A stretch of 64,000 nt of DNA from an uncultured Lachnospiraceae bacterium (GTDB lineage: Bacteria > Bacillota > Clostridia > Christensenellales > UBA1242). Numbering within the stretch: the stretch's first letter is position 1; each line of letters begins with the position of its first letter. Positions 49,261-56,866 of the stretch are shown piece after piece. Position numbers and translations under genes: made by a program. The notes beneath the pieces were generated by a model, which made no database searches, had not been told where the DNA came from, and saw only the letters and a program-made list of their open reading frames with translations. The stretch covers positions 26,126-90,125 of the forward strand of contig CAYSOX010000004.1 of the NCBI GenBank assembly GCA_964432825.1. Direction: 5' to 3'.

Positions 49261-49383
49261 TTAAAAATGGCGAATGGAAGAACAGGGTGCAAAAAGTTGG
49301 TGATGTAGATTTAAAAATGATGAATGGAGGAACTGGGTGCAAAAAGTTGGTGATGTAGATTAAAAAATTGTGAATGGAGGACC
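49261..49383 (+). repeat. ~2.5 tandem copies of a 50-bp unit upstream of terL
   Basis: TTAAAAATG(GC/AT)GAATGGA(A/G)GAAC(A/T)GGGTGCAAAAAGTTGGTGATGTAGAT occupies 49261-49310 and 49311-49360. A partial third copy runs 49361-49383. Confidence 0.9.
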
Positions 49384-49578
49384 TTAGGAATATAAAATTT
49401 TGAAATTAAAATGCCAAAATTTAAAAATTAAGGTCTGGATTAAAAATATAAAAGTTATTTAAAAAATGAGTTTATTATGATAAAAAGTGATGAGAATTTA
49501 AAAAATTTAAAATTTCATAATTTTATGCTGTTTTATTGAAAATTTCAGCGATATAGCCCGCTTTAAAAATGTGGGGGC

Positions 49579-49619
49579 TGACACAATTTTGAGCAAAAGT
49601 GAAATTCTTGTTGTATAGT
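49579..49619 (+). promoter_or_regulatory. Conserved promoter box, copy 2 (upstream of terL)
   Basis: TGACACAATTTTGAGCAA (49579-49596), a 17-nt spacer, then TATAGT (49614-49619). It lies 131 nt upstream of ATG 49751. Confidence 0.5.
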
Positions 49620-49750
49620 GGAATTGTGTTTTTATAAAAATGTAAAAATTGCAAAAATATTATGCTTTGTTATAAAAACATAACAAAAAACAAACGCAAT
49701 AAAAATAATAAAAGGTAACTTAAAAAATTGAAAGGTTAAAGGAGGTTTTA

Positions 49751-51196
49751 ATGGATAGGCAAGATTTTAAAGATTTAATGACGGTTGTTGATGAACTTAA
49801 AAGGAGAAAGAAGCAGAAAATTTATAATTATAATGTGGGGGATGTGGTTCATAAGAAGCAAATAGAATTTCACAAAAGCCCCAAAAGAGTGCGGTTTGTG
49901 TTTGGCGGGAACCGAACGGGCAAAACCGAGTGTGGGGCGGTAGAATGTGTGTATATGGCGAGGGGGATTCATCCTTTCCGTGAGAATAAACCGAGAACGG
50001 ACGGCTGGGTGGTGTCACTTTCGACCCGAGTTCAAAAGGATGTTGCTCAAAAAAAGGTGTTGAGTTATCTTGACCCCAAGTGGATTGAAGGTATTGTGAT
50101 GAGTTCGGGGAGTCAATCTAGTCCTGAAAATGGAATAATTGAGCGAATTTTGGTGAAAAATGTTTCGGGAGAGATTTCTACGATTGGGTTTAAGTCGGTC
50201 GAAGAGGGGCGAGATAAATTTCAGGGGGCGAGTTTGGACTATGTTTGGTTTGACGAGGAACCGCCCGAGGATATTTATACCGAATGTGTGATGCGAACGC
50301 TTGACCGCAAGGGGGATATTTTTTGTACGATGACGCCACTATTGGGGAAAACTTTTGTTTATGATAAAATTTATTTGAATACATTACACGACCCTGAAGT
50401 GTATTATTCCTTTTTTTCGTGGGCGGATAATCCGTTTTTGAGTGATTCCGAAGTGAAGCGGTTGAGGGGAGTTCTTGCAAAAGATGAGTTGGAAGCGCGT
50501 GAGTTTGGGCGATTCGTTTTGGATTCGGGTGGATTGGTGTATCCCGAGTTTGATGAGTTTGAAAATGTGGTTGAGCCTTTTGAGGTTCCACGGGAATGGC
50601 AGGATATAATTTCTATTGACCCTGGGCTCAATAATCCGCTTTCGGCACATTGGTATGCGGTAGACCCATACACCGGAAATATTTATGTTATTGCCGAGCA
50701 TTTTGAAAAGGGGCGGTCGGTGGATTATCATTCGGAAATGATTTTGGCAATTTCGGATAGGCTTGATTGGAAAAAGAATTGTTTTGGGGGTGTTGATGCG
50801 TTGATTGATAGTGCTGCAAATCAGACAACTTTAAATAATCCAAAATCGGTTACCGAACTTTTTCGCGAGTGCAATATTTATGTAAATCCTAAAGTTAATA
50901 AGGAACTTTTTAGCGGAATAAATCGTGTGAAGCGACTTTTGAAAGATTCTACGGGCAAAAGGCGACTTTTTATCTTTAAAAATTGTGTAAATTTGATTCG
51001 CGAATTGAAAAATTATCGTTGGGGCAAGTCGGATATGCCGATAAAAGAGGATGACCACGCGCTTGATGAGTTGAGGTATTATGTGAACCGCCATATTTCT
51101 TTGCATCCAGAACTGGAACCAATGTCGGAAATTCAAAAAGACAAGGAACGGTTGGCACGGAGAGTGAACCCATTATATTCAAGATTTCGCCATTAA
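49751..51196 (+). CDS. terL: Phage terminase large subunit
   Basis: AGGAGG lies 5 nt upstream of the ATG. Walker A-like GGNRTGKTE. Walker B/catalytic LDYVWFDEEP. Nuclease-domain acidic motifs SIDPG, ALIDSA and DDHALDELRYY. The length of 481 aa is typical. Confidence 0.9.
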   Translation: MDRQDFKDLMTVVDELKRRKKQKIYNYNVGDVVHKKQIEFHKSPKRVRFVFGGNRTGKTECGAVECVYMARGIHPFRENKPRTDGWVVSLSTRVQKDVAQKKVLSYLDPKWIEGIVMSSGSQSSPENGIIERILVKNVSGEISTIGFKSVEEGRDKFQGASLDYVWFDEEPPEDIYTECVMRTLDRKGDIFCTMTPLLGKTFVYDKIYLNTLHDPEVYYSFFSWADNPFLSDSEVKRLRGVLAKDELEAREFGRFVLDSGGLVYPEFDEFENVVEPFEVPREWQDIISIDPGLNNPLSAHWYAVDPYTGNIYVIAEHFEKGRSVDYHSEMILAISDRLDWKKNCFGGVDALIDSAANQTTLNNPKSVTELFRECNIYVNPKVNKELFSGINRVKRLLKDSTGKRRLFIFKNCVNLIRELKNYRWGKSDMPIKEDDHALDELRYYVNRHISLHPELEPMSEIQKDKERLARRVNPLYSRFRH

Positions 51197-51748
51197 AATG
51201 ATAGTTTTTGCAAAAATTTTGTTGGTTTTTGCAAAATTTTGAACATTTTTAAAACACAGTGAAATTTCAAATGTTAAGCGTTATTGGTTGAGTATGGTTT
51301 TTTGGAGTGCGGGCTTAACGGAAGGGCGAAAATTGGGGAATGGCTAGAAATACTTGCAGGGAGTTATCTGTGGCGAATTTTTGTGTTGATGACTGGTGAG
51401 GTGGGCGGTGTTTATGGCGATTAATGGTTAGGGTTTTTATGGTAAGTGGCGAGTGCTGAGGGGCGGTAGACTTTGGGGTATAGTTGGCTTTTTGAAAAAA
51501 GAGGGCTGAATGCTAATAATGGAGAGATTCACTCGCGAGTTTTTAGTTGGTTTGTAAAATGTAGGCGGTTAGGGTTTAAGTGGTTATGGTTGATAAAAAA
51601 TTATAAAAACAAGAATGTTGGTTTTTGTGGAGCCTTCGTTTTTGTGGCGTTGGGAGAAAGGGCGTTTTTTTTGCGTCCAATTTTGTGATTTTAATTTTGA
51701 AATTAAAAGTTTTTGTTAGTTTTATTTAAGTTTTAAGGAGATAAATTT

Positions 51749-54217
51749 ATGACGGGTTTTTATTTTAATGATAGTTTTTATATTATTTTGGCGGGGCTTC
51801 GTTCTGACCTTTCAAGGGCGAGGGTTATGAACGCTTTGTGCGAATTGGTTTTTAGTGGGGAGTGCGACATTACCGCCTTTAACCCTAAAGAACTGAATGC
51901 TTTTAACTATATGAAGCTTAAAATTTCAAATGCAAGTGCAAAAATGGGCGAAAAATTTGATTTTCAAGTGATTAATACAGTGGAGCCCGTAAGTGAAACA
52001 TTTGAAAATGCTTCGGTTCCGGATTTTAAAAAGGTGTCAGTTGGGGCAAGTTTTGGTGATAGTACTACTGGAGTTGAGGGCGAGAGTGTCGTGGTTGGGG
52101 ATTTTGAAAATGTTGCCAACTCGGGTAAAAATAGACAGAGTTTAGTGTCTGGGCTAAAAAATTTAACCGAAAAATGTGAAAATAGTGGAGTTTCTACAAT
52201 TGCCGGAAAAAGTGGAGAAATGTTGGAGAGTTTTAGGGATTTAGATAAAAGTAGTAAGATTTTATCGGAAAATTTTTTAAATATTCAAAATTTTGATGAT
52301 AATACAAAAAGCGAAAAAGAATGCAGTTTAATAAATGAAAACAATTGCGATATAAAGAGGATTGAAGAAAATGGTGTGGAGAGTGAAGTTGAAAGTGGCA
52401 CCAAAAGTGATAATGATGGCGGTATAAAAACTAAAGAATGTAATATAAAAACTGGCAAAAGAGAGTTTTTTGTTGTAGAAAATGAAAATATAAATAGCGG
52501 AAAAATTGTAAGTAGTGAGAGTTTGGGTGAGTCTTGCGTGGGCGGATTGAGGAATTTGAACATCTGCAAAGAAAAGGAGTGTGTGGATGAGGTCAAGAAC
52601 CAAAAGGCAAATATTTTTCATCTTCAAAAAAATGTTGGGGATGATTTTAAAAATATTGAAAAAAATAATACCAATATTGATAATTTATCTAATAATTCAA
52701 TTATAACCGATATAAAAAGTGATAAAAATTACAAAATAAATGAAATTTATAAGACAAATATTAATGAAATGTCGGTAAGTGAAGATAATAACGAAAGCGA
52801 AATATATAATGAAAGCAAAAAAGGTAACTGGTGCGAAGATAATAACGGAGACGAAAGAAATAGTAGGTTCGAAGATGATAACGGAAGCGAAAGAAATAGT
52901 TGGTGTGAAAATAATAACGGCGGCGAAAAGAATAGTAGGTGTGAAAATAATAACGGCGGCGAAAAGAATAGTAGGTGCGAAGATAATAACGGAGACGAAA
53001 GAAATAGTTGGTGCGAAGATAATAACGGAGATGAAAGAAATAGTAGGTGCGAAGATAATAACGGAGACGAAAGAAATAGTTGGTGCGAAAACGATAACGG
53101 AAGTGGTGGAATTTATAATAGCAAAAAAGTTTACGAAAGCGAAGAAAGGAACCGTGGGGCGGAAAGTGAAAATGTAATAAAAATTTGCCAAAATCCCGAA
53201 AAAAGGGGTTTTTTATTTGACCCCAAATTTACAAAAACGGGCAGAAATGGACAGAAATTGACGAAAATGGGCAAAAATGGACAAAAACGGACGAAAATTG
53301 TAAAGTTGGTATATAAAGATAATATAAATAATCCTTATAAAAATAAAAAACAAAAAAATATTATTCAAAAGAGTAAAGAAAAAGAAATGTATAAAGAAAA
53401 AGAAAGAGAAAAAATTTCGATAAATAAGAGTAATTTAAATGCTTGCAAAGAGCAAGATTGTGATAAGGATATTTTAGATAGTTATAATATCAATCCAGTT
53501 GAAGAAGGTCAGCTTTTTGACGAAAAAAGTAGTTTTGGTCAAAATGCTGATAACTTTTTTGATGCCGAAAATAAAAATGGTGAAACCAAAAACAAAATTG
53601 TCAGCAAAAAAAGCGTAAAAAAAGATACAGAAAGTGCGGAATATACAAAAAATACAATATTTGAAGATGAAAACTCAGAATGTGAGGATGAAGATTCAGA
53701 TGTTGAGTTAACATATGAAGAAGCAAAGGCGTTTTTTGGTATAAAAGGTGATAATTTTGTTAATGAGAAAGTATTAAAATATAAAAACAAAAAACCTAAG
53801 GGGGATTCCCGCAAAAATTTACAGAATATTGAGAAAAGTTCAAAACAAAAGTCTGAGGATGGAGAAAAGGCAAAGGGGCAAGAGCCGGTGAATTTGGACG
53901 AGTTGACAATAGAAGAGGTGAAAGAGTTTATTGAAAAGGGGATGTTGTCGGTTGATGCCGAGAATTTTTACTATTATTATAAAAGTAAGAGTTGGTATGT
54001 TGGCAAAAATCGTTTGACCGATTGGAAGTCAAAGTGTTTGGAGTGGCATTATCGGGCGAAGGATGAGGCTAAAAAAATTGCGAAAATGCAAGAAAATAGT
54101 TATAACTACAGTTATGGTAGGTATCGCGAGCGTGACACATATATTACATCCTCACAGCGGTCGTATGAGGAGATTGGCCCTGCAGTGTGGACGGATTTGG
54201 ATACTGTCGAAATATAA
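51749..54217 (+). CDS. Large low-complexity protein with short conserved-looking N- and C-terminal phage-type domains (DUF6291-like N-terminus; C-terminal Y-x-S-K-x-W-x-V-G-K-N-x-x-x-D-W-K motif)
   Basis: AAGGAG lies 7 nt upstream. The N-terminal ~60 aa read FYFNDSFYIILAGLRSDLSRARVMNALCELVFSGE. The C-terminus reads FYYYYKSKSWYVGKNRLTDWKSKCLEWHY (nt ~53911-54065). I recall such ends from small phage replication/organiser-associated proteins. About 650 aa of N/E/K/D-rich sequence lies between them, including 12-aa Cys repeats. The functional call is weak. Confidence 0.7.
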   Translation: MTGFYFNDSFYIILAGLRSDLSRARVMNALCELVFSGECDITAFNPKELNAFNYMKLKISNASAKMGEKFDFQVINTVEPVSETFENASVPDFKKVSVGASFGDSTTGVEGESVVVGDFENVANSGKNRQSLVSGLKNLTEKCENSGVSTIAGKSGEMLESFRDLDKSSKILSENFLNIQNFDDNTKSEKECSLINENNCDIKRIEENGVESEVESGTKSDNDGGIKTKECNIKTGKREFFVVENENINSGKIVSSESLGESCVGGLRNLNICKEKECVDEVKNQKANIFHLQKNVGDDFKNIEKNNTNIDNLSNNSIITDIKSDKNYKINEIYKTNINEMSVSEDNNESEIYNESKKGNWCEDNNGDERNSRFEDDNGSERNSWCENNNGGEKNSRCENNNGGEKNSRCEDNNGDERNSWCEDNNGDERNSRCEDNNGDERNSWCENDNGSGGIYNSKKVYESEERNRGAESENVIKICQNPEKRGFLFDPKFTKTGRNGQKLTKMGKNGQKRTKIVKLVYKDNINNPYKNKKQKNIIQKSKEKEMYKEKEREKISINKSNLNACKEQDCDKDILDSYNINPVEEGQLFDEKSSFGQNADNFFDAENKNGETKNKIVSKKSVKKDTESAEYTKNTIFEDENSECEDEDSDVELTYEEAKAFFGIKGDNFVNEKVLKYKNKKPKGDSRKNLQNIEKSSKQKSEDGEKAKGQEPVNLDELTIEEVKEFIEKGMLSVDAENFYYYYKSKSWYVGKNRLTDWKSKCLEWHYRAKDEAKKIAKMQENSYNYSYGRYRERDTYITSSQRSYEEIGPAVWTDLDTVEI
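52832..53110 (+). repeat. ~7.7 in-frame tandem copies of a 36-bp unit (CEDNNGDERNS[WR])
   Basis: TGCGAAGATAATAACGGAGACGAAAGAAATAGT(AGG/TGG) repeats with exact 36-nt period. Units 3 and 4 are identical (52904-52975). Confidence 0.95.
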
Positions 54218-54271
54218 TTTTTGGCTATGTGGAGGCTTTTTCTTTAAAAATTTTTTAAATTTACTATCTTT

Positions 54272-54357
54272 TCCTTTGTTTTAAAGGGGTTTAGGGGTAT
54301 CAAATTATAGGGGTGGTGACACAAAATCGTGCAAATAGGAAATTGTAGGTGTATAGT
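54272..54357 (+). promoter_or_regulatory. Conserved promoter cassette, copy 3
   Basis: TCCTTTGTTTTAAAGGG (54272-54288), then TGACACAAAATCGTGCAA (54317-54334, identical to 43150-43167), a 17-nt spacer and TATAGT (54352-54357). It lies 224 nt upstream of ATG 54582. Confidence 0.55.
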
Positions 54358-54581
54358 AAGAGTGTAATTTAAAATTTTTGTTCGGCGAGAAACAAATCTT
54401 TTAAATAAAACAAGTGATTGTTATAAAATCATAACAATCGTAAAAATTGATGTGAAGCACCAAATAAACTAAAAAAAGAGTTGTGAGTGGCTTTTAAGAT
54501 TGTTATTTTGGTATTACAAAAGAAAATTAAAAAATGAGAGTGTTGAAATTTAGATTGGAATATAAGGAGTAAAAATTAAGT

Positions 54582-56342
54582 ATGCAAGCAAAAACTAATA
54601 AACAAAAGAATTTGATTGATAACATTTTAGATGAAAGACCTGAGGTGAAAAATATAAAAAGGCGGTGTAAAAAGCAATTTTTGGAAAATGAAAATAAATG
54701 CGAGGAAGTAAAATCATTAAAGCATGACGGCGATGATGTTTGCACATTGGGTGATAGTTGCGGTGAGGTTTCTGGGGTTTTAGATGATACTCGCGGTGAG
54801 GTATCTGAGGCTTTGGGTAGTAGTTGCGGAGAAGTGTTTGAGGCTTTGGGTGATGGTTGCGGTGAGGTATCTGAGGCTTTGGGTGATAGTTGCGGTGAGG
54901 TATCTGAGGCTTTGGGTGATAGTTATGGTGATGAGGTTGAGAGTTTTAAATGTGAGAATGGTAATACAAAAACTGAAACACTATTAAATAAAAAGATACA
55001 AAAGCGGAAAATACAAAAAAACAAGGCTCAAAATGAAGTTTTGCAAAATGTTGATATTGAGGCGGGTCGGGTCCTTCCAAGTGAAAGACGAACACGCGGA
55101 CGGAAAAAGTCGGAAATAAAAACTAACGAAAGTTTTGAAGCGAAGAATAGGGCTGGTGATGAGAAATTAAATAAATTTTTTACAAAGGAGGTTGAAAGCG
55201 ACGGGCTGAAGTCATCTTTGGAGGGTGGTGCTTTGGAGGATGGAATGGTTTGTGTGGATATGATGGGAGAGTTTGCAGGCGGGGATGGTTATAATTCGGA
55301 AAGTTTTTTGGATGAAATTAAAAAGTCGTTATATAAGCGAGCAATCGGCGGAGAAATTATGGAAGAAACTGCCGACTATGAATTGAAAAATGGTGTCGAA
55401 TACATTTTTTGCAAAAAACAAAATGCAATTTTTACGCCATTTGGAGTAATTTATGGTTTTAATGGTGATAATGCGAGATTTAGATTTCGAAACAATGCAA
55501 GTATTGAAAAATTGAAAAGACAAAGCAAACCGTGTTCGGTAGGTTGTGGCGAAAGTGGAAGCGGGGAGTCAAAAACCTTGTGCAAAGTGGGTTTTTGTGA
55601 ACAAATTGAAGAAAACGATTCTTGTTGTGATTTTGGAAAAGAAGATGTGTGGTTAAATAAAAACCAACAACTTAAGGTTGAGAAAAATTTTGCGAACACT
55701 CAAGATGGTACAAGTGTACGAGATGCTAGAGGTTTGCAAGATTCTGCAGAGGTTCAAAATGTTGGAACTGTCCCAAATGTTATGGATACACAAGATACCG
55801 AAGTTACTAAAGGTGTTGCAAATATTCAATTGGTTAATGAAAATAACACTAAAGTGGTGTTCGGTGGTGGCGGTTCCAATTCTAAAAATATAAATAAAAA
55901 ACATAGCGTTTGCAAAAAAGAATGTGGCGAAGGCTTGGTGGGTAGTGGAAAAGATAAGGATGCGGGCGGTCGTAAAAATGGGTACAGCGAGGGCTTGGAG
56001 ACTAGACAACACGACAACCATGTGGGCGGTGATGGTATAAAAAGTAATGTGAATTTTTACAAACTGAATGAAAATGATTGGCATTTGCAAAATTTAGGGC
56101 AAGTTGGAGGCTTTTGGTGTGAGAAGGTTAGTGCGGAGTTTGAAACGGGGAAAATGGTGTGTGTGAAAAAAAAGGTTGCAAAAAAGTTTTCGCCACCCGA
56201 TACACAGGCTATGAAAATGTTGATTGAGTTGAATGATTCGGGGCGGGCAAACACCTTGGGACTGGCATCCGAACTTGACCAATTGAACAATATGCAACTT
56301 GAGAAGATGAAAAATGACCTAATAAAACGCATATTAGAATAA
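54582..56342 (+). CDS. Large repeat-containing protein with split terminase-small-subunit-like motifs
   Basis: AAGGAG lies 12 nt upstream. SLYKRAIGGEIMEETADYELKNG (nt 55326-55394) and KKFSPPDTQAMKMLIEL (nt ~56180-56231) resemble the LYKRA-GYEYEE... and ...PPD-TA-IFWLKNR motifs of HTH-type small terminases. Here they lie ~275 aa apart. An N-terminal 11-aa Cys repeat array is also present. The TerS call comes from memory of the motifs only. Confidence 0.65.
   Translation: MQAKTNKQKNLIDNILDERPEVKNIKRRCKKQFLENENKCEEVKSLKHDGDDVCTLGDSCGEVSGVLDDTRGEVSEALGSSCGEVFEALGDGCGEVSEALGDSCGEVSEALGDSYGDEVESFKCENGNTKTETLLNKKIQKRKIQKNKAQNEVLQNVDIEAGRVLPSERRTRGRKKSEIKTNESFEAKNRAGDEKLNKFFTKEVESDGLKSSLEGGALEDGMVCVDMMGEFAGGDGYNSESFLDEIKKSLYKRAIGGEIMEETADYELKNGVEYIFCKKQNAIFTPFGVIYGFNGDNARFRFRNNASIEKLKRQSKPCSVGCGESGSGESKTLCKVGFCEQIEENDSCCDFGKEDVWLNKNQQLKVEKNFANTQDGTSVRDARGLQDSAEVQNVGTVPNVMDTQDTEVTKGVANIQLVNENNTKVVFGGGGSNSKNINKKHSVCKKECGEGLVGSGKDKDAGGRKNGYSEGLETRQHDNHVGGDGIKSNVNFYKLNENDWHLQNLGQVGGFWCEKVSAEFETGKMVCVKKKVAKKFSPPDTQAMKMLIELNDSGRANTLGLASELDQLNNMQLEKMKNDLIKRILE
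54750..54947 (+). repeat. 6 in-frame tandem copies of a 33-bp unit (GDSCGEVSEAL)
   Basis: GGTGATAGTTGCGGTGAGGTATCTGAGGCTTTG repeats with exact 33-nt period. Units 4 and 5 differ by a single base. Confidence 0.95.
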
Positions 56343-56387
56343 AACATAACACGCGAGTTAAAAGTGTGGCAAAATAGTAATTTAAGC

Positions 56388-56594
56388 ATTGAAACTACCA
56401 AAAACTTAGTTTTTTGGTTTTTTATTGCGGATTTTTGATGAGGAATAGTGAGTGAATGAATTGAAAATATTAACAAATGCTTAGGCTTTTGGGCTTTTAT
56501 ATGGCAGAACTTTAAAATGAGAAATGGCGAGTAAATGAATTGAAACTACCAAAAATTTAGTGGTTTGGTTTTTATATGGCAGAACTTAATAAAG
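56388..56594 (+). repeat. Three degenerate ~75-bp tandem units between the TerS-like gene and the portal gene
   Basis: ATTGAAA(CT/AT)A... starts at 56388, 56460 and 56539. TTATATGGCAGAACTT recurs at ~56498 and ~56572. GAGT(G/A)AATGAATTGAAA recurs at ~56450 and ~56529. Confidence 0.7.
56397..56426 (+). terminator. Rho-independent terminator after the 54582-56342 gene
   Basis: ACCAAAAA (56397-56404) pairs with TTTTTGGT (56411-56418) across a 6-nt loop, followed by TTTTTATT. A weaker second copy (ACCAAA...TTTGGT-TTTTAT) lies at 56548-56575. Confidence 0.55.
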
Positions 56595-56866
56595 AAAAAA
56601 GTGTGCAAATAGTTTAAGTGTAACGAAAAATAATGAAAAACAGCAAAAAAATGAAAAACAAAAAATGGAAAATAACAAAAGACGAAAAACAGCGAAAAAT
56701 GAAAAATAACAAAACATTTAAGAGAGAAACATTTAAAAAACTATAAATTTTGTGAAAGACATCAAAAATTGTGAATTTTTGAAATTTATAGTGATTGTTT
56801 GGCGAGTGAAGTGAAAAAAAATTTAAAACTAAAAACAATAAATTTAAAAAGGAGGATTTAATTTTT

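Noticed and set aside
49775-51182. Minus-strand ORFs (65-133 aa) inside terL, and similar ones inside the portal (57827-58517) and capsid (61111-61613) genes
   Set aside because: They are embedded antisense in genes with strong family signatures. They have no start context and give proline/arginine/serine-rich artefactual translations.
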